This document shows, in pieces, positions 38,218 to 50,612 of a DNA stretch of 53,968 nt; within the stretch, counting starts at the first letter, position 1, and the number at the start of each line of letters is the position of its first letter. The position numbers were made by a program, and so were the translations under genes. Below the pieces are notes generated by a model that worked only from the letters and a program-made list of their open reading frames with translations, searched no databases and was not told the origin of the DNA. The stretch comes from Octopus sinensis. Taxonomy: Eukaryota. The stretch is taken from NCBI RefSeq assembly GCF_006345805.1, contig NW_021833833.1:1-53968 (forward strand), read 5' to 3'.

Positions 38218-39309
38218 ATACACATGTGTGTATGCGGTGGGCTTCCTTCAGTTTCCATCAACCAGATCTACTTACAAGACTTCTGTAGATCCGACTGACT
38301 CTATAAGTAGAAAACATTGCTCAAGGTGCCACGGAATGGGACTGAACCCTGAACTAGGTGGTTGAGAAGCAAACTTCTTACCTCACAGCCTCGCGTATGT
38401 ACACAACTGCATAACAACACACTTAAACAAACCCAAACGTTCATAATTTCATGCAATGAGGCAAAAATAATCTGCTTTGGCCAGTGAAGCCTTACATTAA
38501 TTAGACACCGTCAATTAGAGAATTAATTGATTTGTTAACTACCGAGAATTATCTCTAGGAAGGCAGGAAGGGAATAAAGATGGCTATTATATTGACAGTT
38601 ATTTAAGGTATGTAGTAGCTAACATTGTTGTTATAGCTGTTGACCTTAAACTTAAACGCCTCAGTGAAGCATCAAAAGGCGAATGAAATGTCTTCTCGTC
38701 CAGCAATTGTTTCTGTTGAGTGACGTTTCACTGTTGTCTGGGTAGCTCCAGTGTTTATGACAAGCAAGATCTGTTATGATGGGAGTGGTATCACAGTAAG
38801 CTGGGTGGGCGGGAAGAAATGTCAGAAATTTAGTCTCTGCCCTATTGCTTGCTGTCTATAACAGTATTAATGGATATGTCAATGTCTCTGTGTGTGTGTG
38901 TTTTCGTGTGTGTGTGTGTCTCGCCTTTTTGCCCAGTACCCCAACTTGCGAATATTTATTTTCACTGCATTTATATTATTTGCGTTGCTTCTTTTTTATT
39001 TTTACTTTTACGCAAAGTTTCATTTATTTTATCGTTATTTGTGTGAGTGTGTGTTATACGTTTTCGTTATTTTATCTATTTATATTTTTATTGTTGGAGC
39101 ATCAAGTTGTCCCTCACCTAAGCACAGATGATAAATCGCACACACTCACACAAACACAAACACACACAGGCGCGCGCATACTCACACACGCACACAGAAA
39201 AATATTTGTATGATCACAGTCTGACAACCACTGGCTGGATCTGTTTATCAAACGAAAGCATGTCAAATTAATCCCACTTTATCCGGAGACTCACTGTCTC
39301 AGTGTCCTT

Positions 39310-39763
39310 TATCATTATTTATTTCAGTCATTGGACTGCGGTCATGCTGGGGCATCGCCTTGAAGGGATTAATCGAGCAAATCGACGCCAGTAATTATTC
39401 TATCAGTCTCTTTGCCAAACTGCTAAGTTACGTGAACAAACCAACATCGGTTGACAAGCGGTGGTATGGAACAAACACAACGCGCATACACTCACACAAA
39501 CAAACACACATACGCACATACATATATACATCTTTTATCTTTTACTTGTTTCAGTTATTTAACTGTGGCCATGCTGGAGCACCACCTTCAAGGGCTTTAG
39601 ACGAATATATCGACCCCCAGTACTTTTTTTATTTGCAAGCCTGCTACTTATTCTATCGGTATCTTTTGCCGAACTGCTAGTTTAAGGGATGTAAACACAC
39701 CAACACCGGTTGTCAAGCGTGTGTGTCTTCGTGTCGGTGTTTGTCCCCCACCACCGACATAAA

Positions 39764-39795
<32 letters not shown>

Positions 39796-39965
39796 ACACA
39801 CACTTATATATACGACGTGTTTCCACACAGTTTCCACTCCTCCAAATTCTCACAAAAAGCATTGGTTGGTTCAGGGCTATAATAGAAGTCACTTGTCCAA
39901 TTTGCTACGCTGGGAGACTGAGTTTAGAACCATGTGTTTGCGAGGCGACCTTCTTAACCATACAT
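39310..39965 (-). mobile_element. Two stacked SINE family A copies
   Basis: The 3' module is repeated at ~39310 and ~39530. Confidence 0.7.
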
Positions 39966-40154
39966 TGATGTACTTTAATTATTTCATACACTGGCTTTCA
40001 TGACGACGTTGTTTCCCACATTCTGCGTTCGAATCTCCAGCCCCACAGTATAATTTGTTTTCATTTTCTGGAAACTGATAAAATATTTATCAACCTAGAA
40101 TTAAAGTTTTTTTTTTTTTGGTCTATCATATCTTATTTTCTATTTTTTAAAAAA

Positions 40155-40351
40155 TCTCAGTCATTAGACTGTGGCCATGCTGGGACACCGTGTTGAATCA
40201 CTTTTAGTTGAGTGAATCGACCCCAGTAATTATTATTTTAAGCCTGGTACTTATTCCATCGGACTCTTTTAGCCGAACCGTTAAGTTACGGGGACATAAA
40301 CAAGCCCACACCAGTTGTCAAGCAGTGATGAGGGACAATCACACACACTCA

Positions 40352-40406
<55 letters not shown>

Positions 40407-40557
40407 GGGTTTCCTTCAGTTTCCGCTTTCCAAATCCAACTCAAAAGGTTTCAGTCAGCCCGAAGCGATCGTAGAAGAGACTTGTCCAAGGTGCCGCGCA
40501 GTGGAATTGAACTCAGAACCATGTAGTTGGAAAGCAAACTCCTTACCACACCTGCGC
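40155..40557 (-). mobile_element. SINE family A copy
   Basis: Full module order preserved. Confidence 0.8.
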
Positions 40558-40627
40558 TTATGAATCTGTATAAATAAATGTTAATATTGACGCTAATAAC
40601 ACAAGTATTAAGACTATTATGTGTTGC

Positions 40628-40863
40628 AAATAAGGCGGTGAGCTGGCAGAAACGTTAGCACGTCGGGCGAAATGCTTAGCGGTATTTCGTCTGCCGTTAC
40701 GTTGTGAGTTCAAATTCCGCCGAGGTCGACTTTGCCTTTCATCCTTTCGGGATCGATAAATTAAGTACCAGCAACGCACTGGGGTCGATGTAATCGATTT
40801 AATCCCTTTGTCTGTCCTTGTTTGTCCTCTCTATGTTTAGCCCCTTGTGGGTAATAAAGAAAT
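40628..40863 (+). mobile_element. SINE family C, full length
   Basis: aaggcggtgagctggcagaaacgttagc head; ends with taataaagaaata. Confidence 0.88.
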
Positions 40864-41129
40864 ATATTATGTGTTGCAAATCTCCAGTAACATCGTTTGT
40901 AGTTCGATTACGAAGTTCCTCTACCGTTCTTTAATTTCGTGCAGTTCCATTTCGTATGTCTTTTCTAACATTTACGTCAGGATACTTTTTTTTTATTGAA
41001 TAAGAAAGCAGAAAGGTCAGTATTTCTAATCTTTTCACGTTATCTCACAGATTGGCAAGATCGATGTTTGTAATATTGAAACGTGAGGGTGGGGGGTGAA
41101 ATTGATGTTTCTTCAAATCAAGTATTGGC

Positions 41130-41885
41130 TTCAAATTTTGGCACAATGCCAGCAAGTTCATGGAAGTGGGTATATCGATTACCTCAGTCCCAGTGTTTAA
41201 GTGGTACTTATTTAATTGACCCCGCAATGATAAAAGCAAAAACGAGCTAGGCGGAATTTCAACACAGAATGAAAAACGAATGGAATACATATTTCTTTAC
41301 TACCCACAAGGGGCTACACACAAAGGGGACAAACGACAGACAAACGGATTAAGTCGATTATATCGACCCCAGTGCGTAAATGATACTTATTTAATCGACC
41401 CAGAAAGACTGAAAGCCAAAGTTGACCTCGGCGGAATTTGAACTCAGAACGTAGCGGTAGACGAAATACCTATTTCTTTACTACCTACAAGGAGCTAAAC
41501 ACAGAGGACAAACAAGGACAGACACACGGATTAAGCCGAGTATATCGACCCCAGTGCATAACTGGTACTTATTTAATCGACACAGAAAGGATGAAAGCCA
41601 AAGTTGATCTCGGCGGAATTTGAACTCAGAACGTAGCGGCAGACGAAATACCTATTTCTTTACTACCTACAAGGAGCTAAACACAGAGAGGACAAACAAG
41701 GATAGACACACGGATTAAGCCGATTATATCGACCCCAGTGCGTAACTGGTACTTATTTAATCGACCCCGAAAGGATGAAAGGCAAAGTCGACCTCGGCGG
41801 AATTTGAACTCAGAACATAAAGACAGACGAAATACTGCTAAGCATGTCATCCGGCGTGCTAACGTTTCTGCTAGCTCGCCGCCCT
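41130..41885 (-). mobile_element. Head-to-tail array of SINE family C units (~182-bp period)
   Basis: atttctttactacc recurs at 41291, 41472 and 41654; only the rightmost unit has the full tRNA head. Confidence 0.9.
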
Positions 41886-43154
41886 CTTCAAAGTAAGTAT
41901 TACAAAAGAAATCAAAGTGATCCTTTCCGTTCTTCGAGAATAACTGAGGCAAGAATTTCAACCTATTGCTGTATCCAGCAATTATTGTCGATGTTTCTTC
42001 TTATACCTTAATCAGAAGAGCTTAATGACCTTGAATGACGTCCGAGATTGTTGAGAAGAGACGAAATTAACTTTAGCAGAGTGAACTCTGCTAAAAGAAT
42101 CGAAGAGTTAGGTAGGCAGCAGTGTTAAACCTAGCGCCAGACTGAGTCTACACCACTTAAATAGGTAGAGTCCATTCGAGGAAAGCCACAAAGTTTCCGT
42201 CGCACTCAAGCGATCGGTCAAATTCAATGTTAAAAGACACTTGAGAAAAATGCAAAATTATGAAATGGACGTCCAAAACTGCGTAATATGCAAATGAACT
42301 TCGTAACCAGTCAGCTAAACTTGCACCTAAGTTGGCCAGAGAAGAGAACAGAAAGAAAAAACCCAGTTGTAAAAGTGGATTTAATTGACTCAACCTTTCC
42401 ACAAGATGTATAACCTTGTGGTTGTCTTAGACATTAATATATTATCAGAAGAGAAAGCGGCGAATTGGCAGAATTATGAGGGTACTTGACGATACTTTGG
42501 GGTACTTAGCAACATCCGTTCTCGTTCTAAGTCCATGTCCTTCTGGGTTCAAGTTTGCTCTTGCTTCTTCCAAGGCCTACCAGCTAAGTACCAGTCATAT
42601 ACTAGGTCACTTCCAGCTCCTGTGTGCTCCTCTATTGCTTCTTTAGTTTAATACTATAAAACAATAAAGTTGTGAAACTCATATGTTTATTATCAAGTCA
42701 TCACCTTATTATATTCAGATATTTACACAGATAAACTCAAAATTCCCTTTAGCGCAAAACTAAACGATAAAAATATATGATTTTATCTATACGTGGACTT
42801 GGACAATCAACAGATGTTTATTTCTCAGCCCATGCTATCATAAGAGCTACCCGTATGTTTTATTCAACAATTAGAAAAATGCTGAAAAATTAAGCTAACT
42901 CATCAATCCATATTTATTGATAGATAATTATCGCCTTCAATTAATTGTGTGATTTAAAAGCAAACATTTTCAGCATATTAATTATAACAGACTTAATAAT
43001 GCATTTAGCAGATTTATAATGCATAAGTCTGTTTTTATTTATAACGTCCATACAGTTCTGTATATTAATCTGTAAATACAATGATTTTCAAGGTCTGTAT
43101 TATTTTTTAAAAAAATTGTTCCACTTTCTGACAAGTCTCAAGTATAAGTACGTG

Positions 43155-43186
<32 letters not shown>

Positions 43187-43189
43187 TGT

Positions 43190-43540
43190 TTAAGGCGGCG
43201 AGCTGGCAGAATCGTTAGCACGCCGGGCGAAATGCTTTGCGGTATTTCGTCTGCCGTTACGTTCTGAGTTCGAATTCCGCCGAGGTCGACTTTGTCTTTC
43301 ATCCTTTCGGGGTCGATTAAATAAGTACCAGTTACGCACTGGCGTCGATATAATCGACTTGATCCGTTTGTCTGTCGTTGTTTGTCCTCCTTGTGTTTAG
43401 CTCCTTGTGGGTAGTAAAGAAATAGATATTTTGTCTGCCGTTACGTTCTGAGTTCAGACGACACTTGCCCAATGTGCCACGCAGTGGGACTGAACCCAGA
43501 ACCATGTGGTTGGTAAGCAAGCTACTTACCACACTGCCAT
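43190..43540 (+). mobile_element. SINE family C copy with the start of a second unit, fused to an inverted family A head
   Basis: Full C unit to ~43425, restart at gatattttgtctgccgttacg, then gacacttgcccaatgtgccacgcagtggg (family A, minus strand). Confidence 0.8.
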
Positions 43541-44234
43541 TCATATAAATTTATATATGAAGTAACTTCACATTAAGGAGTGGAACTTACTATTTCATGT
43601 AAGTCAGTCCCAGCAGACAAAATGGAAAGGGCAGTGTACCTGGAGGATAGTGAGGGAGACGCGCCGGGACGGCCATTCTGACTCTCAGGGTTTGCACTTG
43701 CGGAAAACCAACTCCGACCCCGATAGGGGCGAACAGGGATATGGTTCGGAGGCCGAAAACACCGGAGGTCTTCACTGCCAAAGGTTCGACCCTGAACCTA
43801 TCTGAAAGGACAATATGGATGTTGTTCTTCTAGATACACTCACAATGTCCAGGATAAAGACGCGAGGCTTACGACTTGAACGTTTTTGTTCATACTTGTG
43901 CTCAATTAGTTCCGACCTAAGCAACGAAGCAACAATAACAACGGCAACTATAGTACTAGCTAAAAGTTATACAAGCTCTGATGACACTGTCACATTAAAA
44001 TAGAGATAAGAAATCAGTGTGAAGGTCATAGTGGGTCCCACAATCTCTTGAGACGTAATGGCACAAGGTCTCGTGCCTGTGTAGTGGAGTTCATTCTTCC
44101 TCAAGGTTTAATCTCAACACCATTAGCACACGATATCCTCGCCAGATTCACAACGCTACGCGCATGCTTTTAACTATAGGGATCAGCACCATTTTGTATT
44201 ACAGCTATGACAGGGCTTGGTGCATGAGAAATCA

Positions 44235-44287
<53 letters not shown>

Positions 44288-44607
44288 AGTCAGTCATTGC
44301 TGTTGGAGAAATGGGGACAGTAGTCCACCTTAAACCTGTTACAACAATTGACAAATTAAGTTGTCCCCTATTGAGGTTGGCCTGCAGAACATAATTTAAT
44401 TGCATTGAACCTTGTCTAATTGACAAATAGGCAAAAACTATTGTTGTTTTTGTTGTTGTTGCTCTTCTTCTTCTTCTTCTTCTTCTTCTTCTTCTTCTTC
44501 TTCTCCTTCTCCTCCTCCTCCTCCTCCTCCTTCTTCTTCTTCTTCCTTATGCTCCTGTGGCTAATAAAAGAAATTATTATTGTTGTTGTCGCTGTTGTCA
44601 TTTTTGT

Positions 44608-44825
44608 TTAAGGCGGCGAGCTGGCAGAATCGTTAGCATGTTGGACGAAATGCTAAATAGCATTCCGTCCGGCTTTATGATCTGAGTTCGAATTCCTCCG
44701 AGGTCAACTTCCCTTTTCATCTGTTCGGGGTCGATAAAATAAGTATCAGTTGAACACTGGGGTCAATATAAACGACTTACCCTCTCCTCCGAAACAGCTG
44801 ACTTCGTACCAAAATTTGAAATCAT
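44608..44825 (+). mobile_element. SINE family C copy
   Basis: aaggcggcgagctggcagaatcgttagc head. Confidence 0.8.
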
Positions 44826-45256
44826 TATTTCTCAAATCATTGTAGGCAATAAAGTACGGAGGAGAGAAGAGGAGCTGCTACAGTACACTTGGTGTACAGG
44901 ATGATTCGGAAACTGTGGGATCCTTGGTCGTCCCTATGTCACCACACAACCGCAAATTTTCGTTGTAAATCTTTTGTTATTTGTTATAATTTTTATTGTT
45001 TACACATGTTTATGAAATCCCTCGCTACCTTTTGTCTTGGGTTTGTTTTCTTTTTGCCATTAAATTAAACATAAGGGCCGATAATGATCAAAATCTATCT
45101 GACTTATCTATGATATATATGCTTAATACGCCACCGTTTAACAGCGCCACATGGTCCATAAGTGTCCTTAGCTGATCACAGCAATCTATTGCTAGCATTC
45201 GGTCCAAATCTCCGGCCTGAGGATATCATCTCTCATAAGTTTCAGAGGCTTTTTAA

Positions 45257-45480
45257 CCCTTTAGAAATCAGATTATTCCGTCAAATGTATTGCTTATTTA
45301 TTCACATTGTTCTTAATTTAATCATACATTATCTCACAGTTACGAGATTTCGATGATGTGGTTGTTCATTTTTTTTAGAATGGCATTACAATGTTGGTGA
45401 AAGAGGCCTGACTTGGCCAATTCGAACATAAAACAAGTAGAATAACCGAGCCTGTTATGTCCGGTTTGAATACTAAGGGG
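45257..45480. mobile_element. piggyBac-type MITE
   Basis: TTAA at 45253-56 and 45481-84; termini CCCTTTAG... and ...CTAAGGGG. Confidence 0.65.
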
Positions 45481-45999
45481 TTAACTCTTTAGTATTCAAA
45501 ACCTCTTCGAAATATGCAATAAAAAAAAATAGTCATGCTTTATGAGACGAACCACCGAGCTTTTCACCGGTTCCTCACCCTGCTTTCAGCTGTACCAACC
45601 AGTCACCAGACGTCTTCTGTGACGGCTTACTCTCCCTCCTTCGGTTACACTGGTAAACACAGTTATTGCTTAGTTATGACTTGTAAGTTCTGATATGAGA
45701 ATATTTTCTCAACAGGATAAAAAGTTCCATCTGGAGACAAATTGTGCTTCTCTCTCTCTTTCTCTCGCTCCCCTAACTTTATCGTAATATATTTGGTGTT
45801 CTGCTTGGCTGATAGAAAGATTAGTCAACTCAGCAACTCAGGATTACCTTACTTTCTATTTTCTCTACTATTTAATTTTCTTTTTTTTATGTTCGCATGT
45901 GTGCGCACGCACGCGTGTGTATGCATGTGTGTGTGAGTGAGTGTGCGAGTGTGAGCATGTGCTTGTGTGTATATGCGCGTATGTATGCATGTATATATA

Positions 46000-47324
46000 C
46001 AGGGTATCACCAAAAAAATGTATACACACTTTAAAAGCTGACAACACTCCTTTTTAGATTTAACCCTTTAGAAATAACCCTTTCTAATTTTGGCACAAGA
46101 CCAGGACTTCTGAGGAAAGAGATAGTCGATTACATCGACCCCAATACTTGACTGGTACTATGTTTTATTGACCCCGAAAGGATGAAAGGCAAAGTCAACC
46201 TCAGCATGTAATGGCTCGGGAGATATGCTACTGAATATTTTCCTCGACTTTCTAACTCAGTTAGCTTACGCCTTTAACCCATTTAAAATAATGAAGAGGG
46301 CCATAATAAGCTTTGAAATCAGAAAATTTATTCTTTAGTGCTAGTGGAAGTTTGAAAACGCAGTGAAAGTGCAAAGACAGTTTAAGAGGGAGCTTCCAGG
46401 AGATCCACACTAGCGACTTACTATCACTCGAATTAGAGATATGGTTGATGCAGTTGGAACTGTTCTGAATGTTCACAAAAAATGTTCCGGAAGAGTGCGA
46501 ACATTGACCAGCTCCACAAAGCAAGAAACGTATTACAAGAGTTCAAGAAAATCTGTACGGCAAGGGATTTGTGAGAGAGGAATTTCAAAATCAAGCGTCC
46601 ATCACACATTAAAAAGCTATCCTTGGATAAGTTACATTCCAAGAACAGCCCATGCTTTCAATGAAGATAATCCGGCGGAAGAATGACATTTTCAGAGTGG
46701 TACTTGGCAAGATGTGAAGAAGGTGCATACTTTCCAACAAGAGTGCTTAGTCTGGAAGGTTACATTTAAATTAAGTGGCTTAATAAACCGTCACAATTGC
46801 ACGTACTGGGGATCTGAGAATGTGCATATTACGGAGGATGTTACTTTACCAGGATTTGCAGTATGGTGCAGCTTAAACTTGCTGTAACAATCTGTAATGC
46901 TAAGGATTCAAGAGGACTTTGAAGACAGACGTGGATCACCCCTACACTACCAGAGTAGTTTAAGGATGATGTTAATGAGATTTGCCAAGGAGGTGTATTA
47001 GAGCACACCACTAGACGTTCTTTATGGGTACTTATAAGATAGAGTTTATCATATAAAACCGGCAACAGTGGATGAATTGAGGACAGCTATTGAAGAAGAT
47101 GCACAAATACTGACCGAAATGTTTCTTAATGTTTGCGATTATATTACCTTGTATTATCACCAGTATCTGGAGCAGGACGCTTATTAGTTTAGAAAGTGAC
47201 GTTGATACAAAAATAGAATTAAATTCTATCTACAGATTCGACAAAAGTTTGAAAATGGAATGCATTTATATAAGTAGTGACGTTATATGCATTCAACGTC
47301 TGTATACATTTTGGGGACACCCTA
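46000..47324 (+). mobile_element. Decayed Tc1/mariner-superfamily transposon with a nested family C SINE (46075-46205)
   Basis: TIRs cagggtatcaccaaaaaaatgtataca and tgtatacattttggggacaccct. Transposase remnants: [74 protein letters not shown]. Confidence 0.85.
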
Positions 47325-47384
47325 CATATATGTATGTAATGGTGTATGCGTATGCGTGTCTCTGTGTGCGTGTGTACATTCATG

Positions 47385-47554
47385 CGTTCTTTTATTCATT
47401 TACTTGTTTCTGTCATTGGACTGCAGCCATGCTGGAGCACCGCCTTGACCTCAGGACTTATTTCTTAAGCCTAGTATTTATTCTATCGGTTTCTTTTACG
47501 GGGACGTAAACACACTAGCCCCGGTTATCAAACAGTGACGGGAGCACAGACACG

Positions 47555-47611
<57 letters not shown>

Positions 47612-47766
47612 TGGGCTTCTCTAAGTTTCCGTCTGCCAAATCCACTCACAAGGCTTTAATTGGCGCGAGGTTATAGTAGAAAACACTTGCCCAAGGTGCC
47701 ACGTAGTGGGACCGAACCTGCAATCATGTGATTGGAAAGCAAGCTTCTTGCCACACAGTCACTCCG
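47385..47766 (-). mobile_element. SINE family A copy
   Basis: Full module order with internal (CA)n. Confidence 0.8.
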
Positions 47767-47783
47767 ATTATATATAACATAAA

Positions 47784-47822
<39 letters not shown>

Positions 47823-48150
47823 TGTAATCATATACAAGAAAAATAAGAAAAACGACACATTTAACATCTAAATCATTTGTATTTTCAATATTAATTTTAT
47901 CATTTAAAGACGAATATTGTATCGCCTTCAGTTCTTCCCTCTAACACATTTGTTTTGTATACATTACAGACGAACAGTACAAGTGATGCAGCTGAATATG
48001 TCACTATACAATACGCAATACGTTTTGAATTTCTTAATACTGGAATGTACTCTAATTTATTGAGCTTTAAATTACTAGCTATATGTCATGCATAGTATAT
48101 TGCACATAATAACAAGAACTGCATAATATATAATATATATATATATAGAT

Positions 48151-48252
<102 letters not shown>

Positions 48253-48289
48253 AGAAGAGAGAGAGAGAGAGAAAGAGAGAAAGAGAGAT

Positions 48290-48796
48290 GAGAGCAGCGA
48301 TCTCCCCTCGTAAATACTAATCGGACACAGAATGTGTGTCGTTAGCCAGCTGGAGGAGATGTCTTCCTGAGGCTATAAACATCAGTAGCACTGTCCTGTA
48401 TAGAATGCCACATTTAGTTGGCAAATATATGTTACGGTTTCCGTACTGCTACTGCTACTGTGTATATCTCGCTTTGAGATTTAATATAACATTCTCTCTC
48501 CTCTACGAGATCAGAAACAGCGAGGCGCAAGAAAAATATATAGTAATTTGCGAGTGAAATGAGCTTCCATCACTAGCTGATGATTAGCACACGCTGAGGA
48601 CGGGTAACCACTCAGAAACTCGAGTCCCTGTGTATCATGTAAGGCTAAAGATGGGAGCGATGACATTTCCTCGCAAATACCAATCGGACACAGAATGAGT
48701 GTCGTTAGCCAGCTGGAGGAGATATCTTCCTGGGGCGATAAATATCTGTAGCACTGTCCTGTACAGGACGTCACACTTAGCTGGAAAACATATGTT

Positions 48797-48802
<6 letters not shown>
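48290..48802 (+). repeat. ~363-bp-period direct repeat (~1.4 units) bounded by microsatellites
   Basis: 48308-48440 aligns to 48671-48802 with about 17 mismatches in ~133 nt. Confidence 0.9.
48574..48647 (+). ncRNA. Type I hammerhead ribozyme motif
   Basis: Stem I GCACACG/CCUGUGU extended by AUGAU/AUCAU and UAGCU/GGCUA; core CUGAGGA (48594-600); stem II GGGU-AACC-ACUC; GAAA (48615-18); palindromic stem III ACUCGAGU; GUC cleavage triplet ending at 48626. Confidence 0.75.
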
Positions 48803-48851
<49 letters not shown>

Positions 48852-49289
48852 TATTTATTTATATTATATATAAAGCGTAACACACACACATATTATACCT
48901 TGGATACAGAGAGTTACCCAAATTTCGCATCCACAAAGCAAAGCTTGTGGACAGCTCATCAGACTCTATATAAATGCAAAATTTAATATATATATATATT
49001 ATATATATATATATTAGGTTTGGAGGTGATGTTACATGTATTATATATTGGAAAAAATAGGGTACTCAGAAATCTGGATGATTGTACATTTACAAATTTT
49101 TATTAATATGTCACAGGTTTTTATAAATCACACAACAGCGCTTGCATCTACTTTAGTAGATTCTTCAGATTTGAATTATTTGAGGGGAGAAATTCTACAG
49201 GCACGGAATTATCGTCAACCGACCCTATCTGAGATGTATGTAGAGTGATGAAACAGATCTTCATGTACTTGCCCCGTTCCGGTCCATTG

Positions 49290-49560
49290 CTCACTTATGG
49301 AGTTTTATCGAAGAGTTTCATCAAATGTATGACGGGAATTGAGGGCAGCAAGGTGTTACCTTCCAGGCAATTTACTAAAAGGTGGGATGGAGTAGTGAGA
49401 ATTGCGTGACAGAGCGGTCCAAGTCACGGTTTGCAAGAATGTGAGTGGACACTTAACCTTGGCTGTCAGATGAATCCCGGATCGATATGGTCTTTTGATT
49501 GTTCGTAGACAGTTTATGTTTCTCTTATTAGAGATTTTCTAGTAAATACGGTAAACTCAC
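49290..49560 (+). mobile_element. Tx1/L1-like LINE 3' end remnant
   Basis: Peptide VLPSRQFTKRWDGVVRIA* resembles the C-terminal end of the 7330-8550 element (CLPSNFVKR.VNVARMV). Confidence 0.45.
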
Positions 49561-49837
49561 TCTTGTCTGGTTCTCAAATAACTCTCAAACAGCCTATATT
49601 TGGGTTACTTTGTGTTAATTAATTATTTCTTCCTATTTTCCTCAGTTCCGTTGTATTAGAATATTAATGATAATACTAATGTATATAAAACGTTTTAATG
49701 AGTTTTGCACTTGCTATGGCAATTTAAAAAGTGATGATCAGTTATTCGGCAATCCTCCGGTCTCAATGGTGCCGGACAGGAGGCTGTTTACTGAATTCGC
49801 TTAAATTTGCTGTTCCCCACCTCGAGTGAAATGTTTA

Positions 49838-49920
49838 AGCTAGCGAAATCTGTACTTGTGTGTATGAGCTAGCGAAATCTGTACTTTTGCGTGTGAGCTA
49901 GCGAAATCTTTGCTTTCATG
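49838..49920. repeat. 29-bp minisatellite (agctagcgaaatctgtact...), continued at 50614-50645
   Basis: Units start at 49838, 49867, 49896 and 50614. Confidence 0.9.
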
Positions 49921-50612
49921 TTAGTTAGTTAGTTAGTTAGTTAGTTAATTTTTTGGCTCAAAAAGCAAAAAAGCAAGGCCATGTAGGGGGACATGGAGGT
50001 ATGTACAGGGTGGTATTCATGTAAAGAGTTCAGGCCACTTGTGGTCAAAGGAGACTTTGAACCGAGCGGTCGTCGGCATCTTCACCATCTCGTCCAGCAG
50101 CTTATTCCACGGATCCGCAACCCGGACGGAGAAAGCTCCTCTCCTTCGATTGAGATGAAATCGTCGCAGATAGAGCTTTTCGGAATGACCCCGCAGCCGA
50201 CGCTCTGGAGCAGGAGTGAAGAACAGCTCCTTCGAGAGGTTACACTTTCCGCTTATGATGTTGTGAGCAAGAATGAGATCACCACGGCGTCGTCGTTTTT
50301 CTAGAGAATAAAGGTCGAGCGTCTTCAGCCTTTCTTCATAAGACAAATTCTTGAGACCAAGAACCATGCGGGTAGCCAGCTTCTGGACTCTTTCGAGATG
50401 CTGTATGTCTTTGAGGAGATAAGGAGAAGAGGCTTGAATCCCGTACTCCAATATGGGTCTCACCAGCGTGACATAGAGCGGTAGGAATATGGCTGCTGTG
50501 AGCATTCCGAATGACCGTCGAATCAAGAACAGAACTCCGCCTTCTTTGTTGGCAGCATGGACGCACTGGGCCGAAAGTGAAAAGGAGGAATCCACCAAGA
50601 TACCCAGGTCCT
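49921..50612 (-). mobile_element. 5'-truncated CR1-clade LINE with an intact ORF2 C-terminus
   Basis: Stop-free DLGILVDSS...LYVTLVRPILEYG...LERVQKLATRMV.GL..LSYEERL..LDLYSLEKRRRRGDLI...RGHSEKL...FSVRV...WNKL; short 3' UTR and (TAAC)n tail at 49921-49947. Confidence 0.93.

Noticed and set aside
43600-43800. GC-rich segment with CCCC-GATA-GGGG-CGAA (HDV-like ribozyme P4/J4-2 look-alike) and a 63-aa ORF
   Set aside because: P1, P3 and L3 could not be assembled convincingly, and the ORF has no recognisable motif.
49838-49920. 29-bp repeat resembling a CRISPR array
   Set aside because: Units are contiguous with no unique spacers, there are no cas genes, and the context is eukaryotic; it is a minisatellite.
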